DNA of 64,000 nucleotides from Promethearchaeota archaeon (GTDB taxonomy: Archaea; Asgardarchaeota; Lokiarchaeia; Sigyniarchaeales; SOKP01), in NCBI GenBank assembly GCA_048941185.1, contig JBHLNW010000006.1:1115-65114 (forward strand), read 5' to 3'. The notes below the pieces were generated by a model, which made no database searches, was not told the DNA's origin, and saw nothing but the letters and a program-made list of their open reading frames with translations. Below, piece by piece: positions 26,648-36,816 of the stretch. Numbering within the stretch: the first letter of the stretch is position 1; the number at the start of each line of letters is the position of its first letter. The translations under genes were made by a program, and so were the position numbers.

Positions 26648-27991
26648 ATGAGTGAAGGAAAAGAAAAAAAAGATTTAAAAAGTGTGATAACTTCTGGTCC
26701 ACCCGTAGCAGGTTTAGTTTCTCCTTCAAGAGATAATTTAGTCGAGCCTTCTAAGAAATTTAGTGAAAGATATTCCTATGAAAGATGTACTCATTGTGGA
26801 TATTGTCGCCATGTTTGTAAGGTTTATAACACTTCTTGGTGTGAAACTGATTATGCTGGGGGGCGAAATAGAATTATTAAAGCGCTGGATAGAAAAGATA
26901 TAAAATTCGATAAAGAGGAAATAATTCCTTCGGTTTTTCGATGTATGTTGTGTGGTAATTGTAAAGTTGTATGCCCTGTCCAAGTTGATACATTGAGTGT
27001 ATTCCAACATTTCAGAAAACAGGTAGTAAAAAAGGGTGCTATACCTGAAAAATTGAAGATCCTTAAAAGTTCAATATTAGAAAACAATAATCCGTTTCTA
27101 GAAAAACATGGCGATAGATTTAATTGGGTTAATTCTTGTGAAGAAGGGGCTGAAGCTTATGAACGTAGCATACAAAAACCTGAGATCCAAGTTGCAAAGA
27201 AAAAGGATTTTTCTGTTGGCTATTTTGTAGGATGTACATCTTCATATAGAAATAAAGAGCTCGTTTCATCAACTAGTCGAGTCTTAAAGAAATTAGGAGT
27301 TGAATTCACACTTTTTCCAGAAGAAAGATGTTGTGGTTCTGTTTTATTTCGGACAGGATTAGAAGATGAAGCCATTAACCTTGTAAGACATAATTACGAA
27401 ATGATCCGTAAAAGCGGGGTAAAAGAAGTTGTTTTCTCTTGTTCTGGATGTTTTTCGACATTTTCCCTTGAATATTCTAAATTTGCGAACTATCAACTTG
27501 GATTTGATTTATATCATATTACTCAATACGCTTTAAAAGTTGTAAAAGAAAAAAATCTTAAAATCCGATACACGAAGCGTTCAAAGGAGGATCCTTTACT
27601 TATAACATATCATGATCCTTGTCATTTAGGACGATATTGTGATGTTTTTGAAGAACCTAGAGAACTCATTCGAAGAATTGAGGGTGTAAAGTTATTTGAG
27701 ATGAAACATAATAGAGAAATGTCTTGGTGTTGCGGTGCAGGTGGAGGTGTGAAAGCACTTTATGGAGATGTAGCACTTGAAGTAGGAAGAGATAGATTAA
27801 CAGAAACAAGGGCTTGTATGGCAAGAATGCGTGAAGATCGTTTGAAAGAAGCAATTGAAACATCTGCAGAAGTTCTAGTAAGTTCCTGCGTCTTTTGTAA
27901 GAATAATTTGTATCAAGTAGCATCTGAGGATAATTCTCCTATTAAAGTTATGGATATTTCACAACTTTTAGCTGATTGTGAGTTTTATTAG
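26648..27991 (+). CDS. Fe-S / CCG-domain oxidoreductase (GlcF / HdrD-like)
   Basis: CTHCGYCRHVC and CMLCGNCKVVCP cluster motifs, plus two CCG-type domains (ERCCGS.., WCCGAGGG.., CVFCK). Confidence 0.75.
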   Translation: MSEGKEKKDLKSVITSGPPVAGLVSPSRDNLVEPSKKFSERYSYERCTHCGYCRHVCKVYNTSWCETDYAGGRNRIIKALDRKDIKFDKEEIIPSVFRCMLCGNCKVVCPVQVDTLSVFQHFRKQVVKKGAIPEKLKILKSSILENNNPFLEKHGDRFNWVNSCEEGAEAYERSIQKPEIQVAKKKDFSVGYFVGCTSSYRNKELVSSTSRVLKKLGVEFTLFPEERCCGSVLFRTGLEDEAINLVRHNYEMIRKSGVKEVVFSCSGCFSTFSLEYSKFANYQLGFDLYHITQYALKVVKEKNLKIRYTKRSKEDPLLITYHDPCHLGRYCDVFEEPRELIRRIEGVKLFEMKHNREMSWCCGAGGGVKALYGDVALEVGRDRLTETRACMARMREDRLKEAIETSAEVLVSSCVFCKNNLYQVASEDNSPIKVMDISQLLADCEFY

Positions 27992-28121
27992 ATGCAGAAT
28001 TTAACTTTAATTTTCTTATCCTAAATAATGCAAGGATAAATCTTGACTCTAATCTAAAGATTAAATGTACTTTAATTTAGTATTTATTTCGGTTATCAAA
28101 GAAAAAAATATCTTTTTTTTG

Positions 28122-30260
28122 TTATAACCTCACACAACTCGAAGAATCAGATATATTATTCAATTTCTCCAGATTTACTGAAATTTCTTCTTTGGATTTT
28201 ATAGTTTGATGAATTTCTGGAACTTTCATTATCGGATTACCATTTAACATTATCTTTTTAATAGATTTTAATTTTATTATAGAATCAGGTAAAGTTTTTA
28301 ATTTATTTCCATTTAGCCAAATTTCTTTGAGAGATTGTAATAAAACTACCGATTTTGGTAAAGATTCAAGGCTATTTCCACTAAAATCCAATTTTTCAAG
28401 TGAATAAAGAGAACCAATTGAGTCAGGAAGATTTTTAAATTGATTATCACTTAATTTGAGAACCTTCAGTGACCTAAGCTTATTTAAATCATCTGGTAGT
28501 GCATAAATTTTATTGAAAGAAGCATCCAAATATTCTAAAGATGTTATCATGCAAATTGAGCTAGACAATTTTAATAAATTATTATTATTTAAATGTAAAG
28601 ATTTAAGCGATTTAAGAGCCGCAAAAGAATTTGGTAGTCTTTTTAATCTATTCCAACCTAATTTTAAAACTTCAAGAAACTCAAGCAGTCCCATAGATCT
28701 AGGAAGGCTTTTAAGATTATTATCCTCAAGATTAAGCTTATTAAGTGAGGAAATTGAATTCAATGAATTTGGTAACCTTTCTAAACTATTATTACTTAAA
28801 TTGAGTAGCTTAAGTGAATAAAGCAAACCAATAGATTCTGGTAAAGATCTGATTTTATTTTTACTTAAATCTAAAGTTTTAAGTGATTTAAGTTCTCCTA
28901 TAGAAGATGGTATTTCTGTCAATTTATTTTCCCTTAAGTTTAAAAATTTTAACAATGAAAGATTACCAATTGATTTTGGTAGCCTAACTAAATTATTTAT
29001 TTCTAAACTTAAATATTGAAGAGAAGAAAGTTTACTGATTGAATCAGGGATTTTTTCTAATTTATTATTGCTCAACTTTAATACTTTTAAAGATCTAAGA
29101 GAGAAAATTGACTTTAAAACACACTTTAAATTATTTCCTCCTAAATCTAAGACTTTCAAATCCTTTAAAAGACCAATTGATTTACTAAGATTATGTAAAT
29201 TACAATCTTTTAATGTAAGTGATTGAAGTGAACGAAAATATTTTATATAGAACGGTACTTTAATTAAAGGTACTTTTTCGATATGAATTGAGACAACTTC
29301 TCCTTCTAATACCTTATAGTTTAAAATCGGATACTTTTTTTTCATGAATGTAAAAGTTAAATAATTTCTAAAAATATCTGATAATTTAGATATAGACAAC
29401 TCTTCAAATTGTTTAAAATAATGCTTAATCGAAGAATTGAATTCATTATCCTCAATTAATTTTATCTGAGATATTAATGCATCTTTAGCTGCTTTATTAT
29501 TTAATCTCTCTAATGCTTTTATTAATGCAATAGAATTTTTGTAATTATATTCATTGCCAATAGCCCATTTTATAGGGAAGAATTTAATTTTCTTTAGTTT
29601 TTTTAAATTTTCTATACCAATTATCTCAGAAGTATCTTGAGAAGCATTTCTATCACGCCAATTTATTACATGGTTATCCACTTTTGAGAAATCTACTTCA
29701 ATTATAAAACCGTTATCAATAATGAAATCGAATTCATGGAATTTTTTTTTTAAATAATTGAGGGTAACTAAGTTTATGAGTATATCAACTATATTCTCGA
29801 AAGAGGTTTGTTTAAATAAATTCTGATTAATTAAAGGATTAATACCATCCCATATCTCGTTATTTGAAGTTTTTCTTAATTCATCCATCAATAATGAGAC
29901 AATTCTATTATCGTCTGTATTTTTCAAAGATTTAATTACTGTAATCAGAACGTCATAAGAAGTCTCATGCTGAAGAGTCCAAATAAAAGGATTTAAACAT
30001 TTTTTAATGAACTTGTCCCGTATGACCTGAACTGCAGAATAACGTAGATTTTGATTTTGTTCAGAGATTAATATATCTTCTAGAACTCTGAAAACTTTTA
30101 AATGGATAAAATCGAATTTATTTAAAATATCGATACAATCATTCCTAATTACATCGTTATCGATATTTTCAATTAAATTAATTAACAAATTTATAGTTTC
30201 ATTTTTACTTTTTTTTTCACTAATGAAATCTTCATAAATTTTTCGTGGAATTAAGTCCAT
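28122..30260 (-). CDS. leucine-rich-repeat protein with N-terminal HEAT/ARM-like region
   Basis: About 15 consecutive 23-aa LRRs (LxxLxLxxNxLxxLPxSIGxLxx) in the C-terminal half. Helical repeats in the N-terminal half. Confidence 0.8.
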   Translation of the reverse strand: MDLIPRKIYEDFISEKKSKNETINLLINLIENIDNDVIRNDCIDILNKFDFIHLKVFRVLEDILISEQNQNLRYSAVQVIRDKFIKKCLNPFIWTLQHETSYDVLITVIKSLKNTDDNRIVSLLMDELRKTSNNEIWDGINPLINQNLFKQTSFENIVDILINLVTLNYLKKKFHEFDFIIDNGFIIEVDFSKVDNHVINWRDRNASQDTSEIIGIENLKKLKKIKFFPIKWAIGNEYNYKNSIALIKALERLNNKAAKDALISQIKLIEDNEFNSSIKHYFKQFEELSISKLSDIFRNYLTFTFMKKKYPILNYKVLEGEVVSIHIEKVPLIKVPFYIKYFRSLQSLTLKDCNLHNLSKSIGLLKDLKVLDLGGNNLKCVLKSIFSLRSLKVLKLSNNKLEKIPDSISKLSSLQYLSLEINNLVRLPKSIGNLSLLKFLNLRENKLTEIPSSIGELKSLKTLDLSKNKIRSLPESIGLLYSLKLLNLSNNSLERLPNSLNSISSLNKLNLEDNNLKSLPRSMGLLEFLEVLKLGWNRLKRLPNSFAALKSLKSLHLNNNNLLKLSSSICMITSLEYLDASFNKIYALPDDLNKLRSLKVLKLSDNQFKNLPDSIGSLYSLEKLDFSGNSLESLPKSVVLLQSLKEIWLNGNKLKTLPDSIIKLKSIKKIMLNGNPIMKVPEIHQTIKSKEEISVNLEKLNNISDSSSCVRL

Positions 30261-30420
30261 TTTAAAAATAATTTATATTAATTTATCTTAAATCATTTTG
30301 ATGCTTTATCAAATTCAAATTGAATATGCTACTACATCCCTGCACCAACATTTAAAACCCATTTTTATTAAAAAATAGATTTTAATTTAAAGTAAATTCA
30401 ATACTAATCTTATGTAAATG

Positions 30421-30615
30421 TTACCTCATTTCAACATTCATCAAATTAGAATGAACTTCTTTCCCATTTTTATCTGTAATGGAAAACTTTAAACGTGGTG
30501 TTCCTGCTAAGAGTAATTTAAAATATTGATCGATATTTTCTTTACCTTCAATTTCAAATTCAGGTAGGGATAATTTTTCTTCATGTTTTATTTCAACTAA
30601 TGTTACTTCAACCAT
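30421..30615 (-). CDS. hypothetical small protein
   Basis: 64-aa ORF. No motif. Confidence 0.25.
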   Translation of the reverse strand: MVEVTLVEIKHEEKLSLPEFEIEGKENIDQYFKLLLAGTPRLKFSITDKNGKEVHSNLMNVEMR

Positions 30616-31044
30616 AAATTTTCACCTTATTATTTTCAATTTATATTTAAATATTTTACCTAAAATTAAAATTAAAGCAATTATATATAAATTTATCGCT
30701 TATACGATAATTTAAACGCTGTAATTAGTTCCAGTTTCAATTTACCACAAGATCGTTTCTAAAAGTTTAAATCTGAAAATTAATTAATTTTTAGATGTTC
30801 TTTTTCTATAATTTCTTAAAGATCTCTGATCGGATTTTTGCATCTTTTAAAGGATATTTGATCAATATCCAATTTTTTAGATTAAAAAACTAATTAAATT
30901 TTTTATAAAATCAGATTTATTTTTTTTAAATTTTTATAATAGAGTTAAACTATAAGCTCTTATTTTTTCATATTGGTTAGAAACAGTATTTTTCTTTTTA
31001 GCAATAAACAAAAATAGAGAAAAAAATAAAAATATTAAAAATCA

Positions 31045-31737
31045 CTAAGTTTTAATTCGTTTTAATAAAGATTCCCAAAAAATCTTTTTATAATCACCTG
31101 AATAATTGACCTTTTCTATTATTAAAGTTATGGCTTTTTGTGAGCATGCTCTCACACACGTTCCACAACTAATGCATTTAATTTGCTTAAATGATATTTT
31201 TTTGTCTGTTGGATCTTTAATCTTCTCTTTTTCCAATTTAGAAAAAGCCCCTGAAGGACATACATCTACACATGACATACATGAAATACATTTATGCCAA
31301 TTTACACCAATTTTCCCCTCTAAATACACCTTCGCTTTGAACTGTGAATTTTTTCTCTCTACAAGCTTATACTCCAATTTTGGGACTACACTCTTAGTTA
31401 TAATTCCTAAATCACTAATTTCTATTGGTTTATTATTATATTTTAGTGATATCGCTGACATAGGACATATATATGCGCAAGTCCCACAATATGAACAAAT
31501 GAGAGGATCAGGTAAATCAGGTATTAGATCATCCTTTTTAACTCTAACTTTCCCTTCTAAATTGGGACTGAAAAAAGCATTGTTAGGGCAAGCTTTAATA
31601 CATAATCCACACCCAATGCATCTTTCAATATCGATCTTAAATGTATAATTTTCTGTAAAAAAATTTAATACAGTCTCATTGAATTCCTCTGTTAAAATTT
31701 TGCTAACTCTAGGATACAAATTCTTTTCACTTTTCAT
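31045..31737 (-). CDS. polyferredoxin (4x [4Fe-4S] motifs)
   Basis: CIGCGLCIKACP, CSYCGTCAYICP, CISCMSCVDVCP and CISCGTCVRACS. It is the last gene of the hdrCBA-mvhD operon. Confidence 0.8.
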   Translation of the reverse strand: MKSEKNLYPRVSKILTEEFNETVLNFFTENYTFKIDIERCIGCGLCIKACPNNAFFSPNLEGKVRVKKDDLIPDLPDPLICSYCGTCAYICPMSAISLKYNNKPIEISDLGIITKSVVPKLEYKLVERKNSQFKAKVYLEGKIGVNWHKCISCMSCVDVCPSGAFSKLEKEKIKDPTDKKISFKQIKCISCGTCVRACSQKAITLIIEKVNYSGDYKKIFWESLLKRIKT

Positions 31738-32308
31738 TTAAATGCTTGCTTTTATATATATCGCTTTTAGTTTGACTGAAAATTTCCATAAAAAAGTTTC
31801 TCTGACCAAAATGTAGAAAGGTTAAATTTTTGTTATTCTTTCCTTTAATTAGAGTTAAAACCTTATTGAAGATCAATTTAGAACGTACTTCTACGTTTAT
31901 ATAATTATCGAGTTCCCTAAGCTCATTTGAATAGTAATTGATTAAGTGATTAAGCTCTTGAGCGAATCGTTTATTTTTATCTTCTAAAATGTCATATGTG
32001 GCTTTTAATTCATAATATTTTTCTTTTATTTCATTGATTTGTTTTGCAAAATAATCTTTTACATAATAGGGTAATTCTATAGTAAAATATGGAATCTCTA
32101 ACTTTTTTAAATTCATTGCTAAAGGTGTATTTTCAAATTCTCGCAGTGTAGACAGGCCCAAATCTATTGTAGCAAAGTCAACATTGAAATCTCTAATTTG
32201 GGTAGCAAAATTTTCAACTTCATTTCTGGAGACTTCTAATTCTAAATCATCCATTAAATGTATTGAAAACTCAGTATCAGGTAATTGTTCTAGCATTGGA
32301 CTTTTCAT
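31727..32308 (-). CDS. hypothetical protein within the hdr/mvhD operon
   Basis: 193-aa ORF overlapping the polyferredoxin start by 11 nt. No motif recognised. Confidence 0.45.
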   Translation of the reverse strand: MKSPMLEQLPDTEFSIHLMDDLELEVSRNEVENFATQIRDFNVDFATIDLGLSTLREFENTPLAMNLKKLEIPYFTIELPYYVKDYFAKQINEIKEKYYELKATYDILEDKNKRFAQELNHLINYYSNELRELDNYINVEVRSKLIFNKVLTLIKGKNNKNLTFLHFGQRNFFMEIFSQTKSDIYKSKHLNEK

Positions 32309-32373
32309 TTAAATCACTTTTTTATTTTTTCTGACTTTTTTATTGATTTTTTTTCTCAAAAATTTATTGAAAT

Positions 32374-32814
32374 TTAATTGATGTTATTTTTTAAGGGGCT
32401 AGGCCCCAATTGTTTTAATTCCTTTACAAACTCGTTAACAATTTCAGTTAGTTTGGAACCTTCCGAAGCAGAAATAAAGACATATTTCACTCTTTTAGGA
32501 TGAATTCCAAATTGCTTTAAATATAAGTGGAGTATCGGTACTCTTCTGATCGTTTTATAATTTCCTTCGACATAATGACAATCTCCTGGATGGCAATGCG
32601 ATATTAAAATCCCATCAATCCCATCTTTTAATGCAGTAAGTATAAATTCCGGGTCGATTCTACCTCCACACATTACTCTCATAATTCTCAAATTTGCATT
32701 TCTTTGGATACGAGATGTCCCAGCTTGATCAGCTCCAGCATATGAACACCAATGACAAAAAATTCCTAAAATTGATGGATTGAACTGTTCAATTTCGACA
32801 GAAATGATCATCAC
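32374..32814 (-). CDS. mvhD: MvhD (methyl-viologen-reducing hydrogenase delta subunit)
   Basis: FCHWCSYAGAD..MCGGRIDP..SHCHPGDCHY pattern. Has a 4-nt overlap with hdrA. Confidence 0.85.
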   Translation of the reverse strand: MMIISVEIEQFNPSILGIFCHWCSYAGADQAGTSRIQRNANLRIMRVMCGGRIDPEFILTALKDGIDGILISHCHPGDCHYVEGNYKTIRRVPILHLYLKQFGIHPKRVKYVFISASEGSKLTEIVNEFVKELKQLGPSPLKNNIN

Positions 32815-34793
32815 CCTTCTACTTTATCTGATTTTTGGATAGTACTATGGATCATTGGAATTAATTGAGCATCTCCAAATTGATTTTGAATGATAGCAGA
32901 AGAAGGACAAGTTGCGACGCATGTACCACATCCTTTGCACAAAATTTTATTTATTTCTGCTGTTTTCTTAAACTCATTAAATGTTATTGCATTAAAGGGA
33001 CAAATACTTAAACAGCTTTTACAACCAGCACATTTATGACTAAGTACGATTGAAAAAATTGGATCTATTTCTACTTTTCCTTGAGCCATTAATAATGCTG
33101 CTTGAAGTGCAGCTGCTTTTGCTTGCGCTATAGCATCTGGAATATCCTTTGGACCTTGAACTGCCCCTGCAATGAAGATCCCATCAGTTAATGTTTCTAC
33201 TGGTCGAAGTTTTGGATGAGCTTCCATTAAAAATCCATCTTCAGATTTTTGAACGTTAAATAACCTACTGATTTCATTAGAATCACGCCTTGGTTCTAAT
33301 CCAACTGCTAATACAAGTAAATCTGCCTTGATTTCAATTAATCTCTGTAAAAGAGTATCTTCCCCCCTAACAATAATATTATGATTTTTATCTTCAACTA
33401 CTTCTGAAATTCTTCCCCTGATAAATTTAATATTAAATTCTCTGCCAGTTGAATCATAAAATTCCTCATAACCCTTCCCAAATGCCCTAATATCAATATA
33501 AAATATAAAGATTTTTGCACTAGGATGTTTTTCTTTAAATAATCTTGCTTGTTTTGCGGAATACATGCAACAAACTCGTGAACAATATTTATTGCCTTTC
33601 TCTGTGAAGTCTCTACTTCCTACACATTGAAGAAACACTAGAGTCATTGGGCTTACCAAATCTGAGGGTCTTTTTACTTTACCTTCTGTTGGACCAAATG
33701 AACTCATTAATCGTTCCATTTCTAATCCAGTAATTACATTTGGATATTTACCATAACCATACTGACCTAAAACCGTCGGATCGTAAAGATCATATCCTGT
33801 TGATAAAATTATAGATCCCACTTTTAGATTTATATATTCTGGTTCATCATTATAATTAACCGCTTCAACAGGACATACTTCAGCACATACACCACACCTA
33901 ATACAGTGATCCATATCAATTGTATACTTTCCAGGGACGGCTTGGGGAAAGGGAATATAAACTGCCTTTCTTTTTTTCATCCCCAAATCAAATTCATTGG
34001 CAGCAATCACTATACATTCTTGGGCACATGTTCCACAACCAGTGCATCTTTTTTGATCGATGAAGTGTGGTTTCTTTTTTACTGTAACATCAAAATTTCC
34101 CACATAACCAGAAATGTTTGTAATTTCACTATAAGTCATCAATTCAATATTTTCAGCTTTTAAAACTTCGGACATTTTAGGAGTGATTACACACGATGAA
34201 CAGTCTAATGTAGGGAAAGTTTTATCTAATTGTGCCATATGACCTCCAATTGTTGGGGTTTTTTCAACAAGATAAACTTTATAACCGAAATTTGACAGAT
34301 CTAATGCTGCGTTCATTCCCGCAATTCCTCCTCCTAAAACCAAACAAGCTGGTTCGATATCTACTCTGAATTTTTCTAACGGTTTCAATTTATTAGCTTT
34401 TGCAACAGCCATTCTAACGTGAGATTTTGCAATTTCATAGGCTCCCTTAGTATCTTTTAAATTGACCCAGGTACAATGTTCCCTAATATTTGCCTGTTCA
34501 TATAAAAATTGATTTAACCCAGCTTCTTCACAAACTTTTCTAAATGTAGTTTCATGCATTCGGGGCGAACAAGCAGCAACAACTACTCTATTAATTTCAC
34601 CGTTTTGAATTTTTTCTTTTATTAATTCTTGTCCAATTTCTGAACACATAAATTTATAATTGTTCGCTTCGACCACGTTAGGAAGAGTTTTTGCATATTC
34701 AGTTAAACTTTTAACATCAATGACTCCAGCTATATTATTACCACAATGGCAAATAAATACTCCAATCTTTGCTTTATCCTTCAATTTTTTCAC
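32811..34793 (-). CDS. hdrA: heterodisulfide reductase subunit A (FAD, multiple Fe-S)
   Basis: GVFICHCGNNI N-terminus, GGGIAGMNAAL dinucleotide fold and several CxxCxxCxxxCP motifs. 660 aa. Confidence 0.9.
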   Translation of the reverse strand: MKKLKDKAKIGVFICHCGNNIAGVIDVKSLTEYAKTLPNVVEANNYKFMCSEIGQELIKEKIQNGEINRVVVAACSPRMHETTFRKVCEEAGLNQFLYEQANIREHCTWVNLKDTKGAYEIAKSHVRMAVAKANKLKPLEKFRVDIEPACLVLGGGIAGMNAALDLSNFGYKVYLVEKTPTIGGHMAQLDKTFPTLDCSSCVITPKMSEVLKAENIELMTYSEITNISGYVGNFDVTVKKKPHFIDQKRCTGCGTCAQECIVIAANEFDLGMKKRKAVYIPFPQAVPGKYTIDMDHCIRCGVCAEVCPVEAVNYNDEPEYINLKVGSIILSTGYDLYDPTVLGQYGYGKYPNVITGLEMERLMSSFGPTEGKVKRPSDLVSPMTLVFLQCVGSRDFTEKGNKYCSRVCCMYSAKQARLFKEKHPSAKIFIFYIDIRAFGKGYEEFYDSTGREFNIKFIRGRISEVVEDKNHNIIVRGEDTLLQRLIEIKADLLVLAVGLEPRRDSNEISRLFNVQKSEDGFLMEAHPKLRPVETLTDGIFIAGAVQGPKDIPDAIAQAKAAALQAALLMAQGKVEIDPIFSIVLSHKCAGCKSCLSICPFNAITFNEFKKTAEINKILCKGCGTCVATCPSSAIIQNQFGDAQLIPMIHSTIQKSDKVEG

Positions 34794-35745
34794 CTATCTT
34801 TGTTAAAAAAGGCTCTACTGAAATAAATGGAGGGACACCAGATAACTGCTTACTTTTAACCAATCCAACTTCTTCAGGACTCATACCAAGGGCTAAACCT
34901 AGTAATTGGGTGTAATAAATTACTGGAATATTAAAAGGTGTTTCAATAGTGTCTTTAAAAATACTATTTATTTCAATTTGACCTAAATCAAATTGGAGGT
35001 GACAGAAAGGGCATACTGTTATTATAGCTTCCGCACCTGCCGCTCTCATATTTAACAGTTTCTCTCTTGTAAAATCCAGGGATATTTCTTTAAATGCGCT
35101 TCTTACGGCTCCTGCTGCACCACAACACCTATTTTTATCAAGATAATCAAGACTTTTACAACCAGTAATTTCAACCAATTCATCTAAAAAGCGTGGGGAT
35201 TCAGACTCGTTTCCCCAGGGTCTTATTTCAGCTGGTTTTAGGATATGACATCCATAATGTACAGCAACGTTAAGATCTAACTTGTTTTTACGCCCATATT
35301 TTACTCTATTACTTATATTTTCTAATCCAATATCTTTATACAACACTTCGATAATATGTTTTACTTTAACACTTCCTTTATACTCACGATTAACTTTAGC
35401 AAGGTGGCTATTAACCATTTCACGCTTCTTAGCATCAGTATTTAATTGATGATTGACTTCAAGCAGACTTCCATAGCATCCATTACACATTGTAGCTATA
35501 TCATAATTATTTTGTTCTGCAATTGTTATGTTTCTAGCTCCAATGATCAGCCATGAATCTACATCAAATCCTCGAAAAACACCTGGTGCTGGACAACAAG
35601 AAGCGCCTTCCATTTCGATAAAATCAACGCCTAACTTTTGAAATACTTTTTTAGTTGCCGATTCGATAAATGGATATCTGTTTGGAATCACGCACCCTAG
35701 AAACAATGAATATTTTTTTTTTTGTACCATTTTTTTTGAAACCAT
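34774..35745 (-). CDS. hdrB: heterodisulfide reductase subunit B
   Basis: CCG-domain motifs (SCCPAPG, RCCGAAGA, CPFCHLQ). Confidence 0.9.
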   Translation of the reverse strand: MVSKKMVQKKKYSLFLGCVIPNRYPFIESATKKVFQKLGVDFIEMEGASCCPAPGVFRGFDVDSWLIIGARNITIAEQNNYDIATMCNGCYGSLLEVNHQLNTDAKKREMVNSHLAKVNREYKGSVKVKHIIEVLYKDIGLENISNRVKYGRKNKLDLNVAVHYGCHILKPAEIRPWGNESESPRFLDELVEITGCKSLDYLDKNRCCGAAGAVRSAFKEISLDFTREKLLNMRAAGAEAIITVCPFCHLQFDLGQIEINSIFKDTIETPFNIPVIYYTQLLGLALGMSPEEVGLVKSKQLSGVPPFISVEPFLTKIGEKIEG

Positions 35746-35789
35746 TAAATATAGGTCTTTCTTTATTCTAAATACACAAATTAATTTAC

Positions 35790-36422
35790 TTATTCTTTAA
35801 TCTCTGAGGTCTTTAACTTCTTTTCTTCAATTACATAATTTGCGATGGTTTCTACACCCTTAGAAGGCTTTATTTCGTGGTCTAATTTTATATCCTCAGA
35901 ATCTATATTAATTAACTCATTAAATTTTGAACTTAAAAGAAGCTTTTTTACTTCATTCAAAGCTTTTTTATGCGAATGAACGGTAGGGGGAAGTGGTTGT
36001 AAACCATGATATTCTCGTAAATCTTTCCATTTTTTACTATCTATTGGAACTCCATGTCCAGAAAAAATTAATTTTTTACATAATTCAAGATGACTTTCAT
36101 GTATGAAACCTTTTTGAACGGCTAAATTCCTCAAATAAATTATCATATCAGTAATAGGTAATTTACGAGGGCATCTTTCAAGACACGTATAGCATGTTGA
36201 GCAATACCAAATATCATTTTCTGAAAGAATCTCATCAATTCCTAATTGAACTTTTCTTATAATTGTTCTAACTTTTAATGCAGTTCTAGTCCCTGAAGGA
36301 CATCCTCCTGAGCATGTCCCACATTGAATACATGCGTCAACTTCTGGATAACCTGCTTTCTTTAAAGAATCTACTAACTCATTTGTAAAATCAGTTATAA
36401 TATTTGGCTCATAATCTAACAT
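35790..36422 (-). CDS. hdrC: heterodisulfide reductase subunit C
   Basis: CIQCGTCSGGCP and CSTCYTCLERCP motifs. Confidence 0.85.
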   Translation of the reverse strand: MLDYEPNIITDFTNELVDSLKKAGYPEVDACIQCGTCSGGCPSGTRTALKVRTIIRKVQLGIDEILSENDIWYCSTCYTCLERCPRKLPITDMIIYLRNLAVQKGFIHESHLELCKKLIFSGHGVPIDSKKWKDLREYHGLQPLPPTVHSHKKALNEVKKLLLSSKFNELINIDSEDIKLDHEIKPSKGVETIANYVIEEKKLKTSEIKE

Positions 36423-36816
36423 TTTTTATCTTTCCTTTTTCAGCCTTTATTTTTAGTACCGTTTTAATTGTTATTTTTATTATATTCCCCTATAAAGGAT
36501 TAAAACGGCGATAAAGTTATTAACCTTTAGGAAAATAAACATTTAACTCATATATAAGTTTTCCCTTTACATTTCATAGTTTTAGAAAACGTAAACTATT
36601 TTCTTATTAATTGTTTCAAATTAAAACAATATCCAACTCAAATTTTAAATTTGAAACTTGTTTATAAATATATGTTATAAATAAATTTAAATGGCTTAGA
36701 CATTTATGCAAAGATTTGTTTAATTTTTATAAACAGCATTCTTAAATAACTTAGAATTATAAACTAATCATAGTTTTCTAAAATAATAAGCTATATAAAA
36801 TTTAAATGAATATAAA

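Noticed and set aside
31106-31648. 180-aa plus-strand ORF
   Set aside because: It is entirely antisense to the polyferredoxin gene, whose four CxxCxxCxxxCP motifs give clear coding evidence. The antisense product is low-complexity with no motif.
36459-36508. Perfect 10-bp inverted repeat ccgttttaat ... attaaaacgg (30-nt spacer) in the hdrC 5' region
   Set aside because: My rough estimate for this AT-rich composition is that about ten such 10-bp inverted repeats with spacers of 50 nt or less would occur by chance in 64 kb. Without conservation data I cannot call it an operator or an RNA hairpin.
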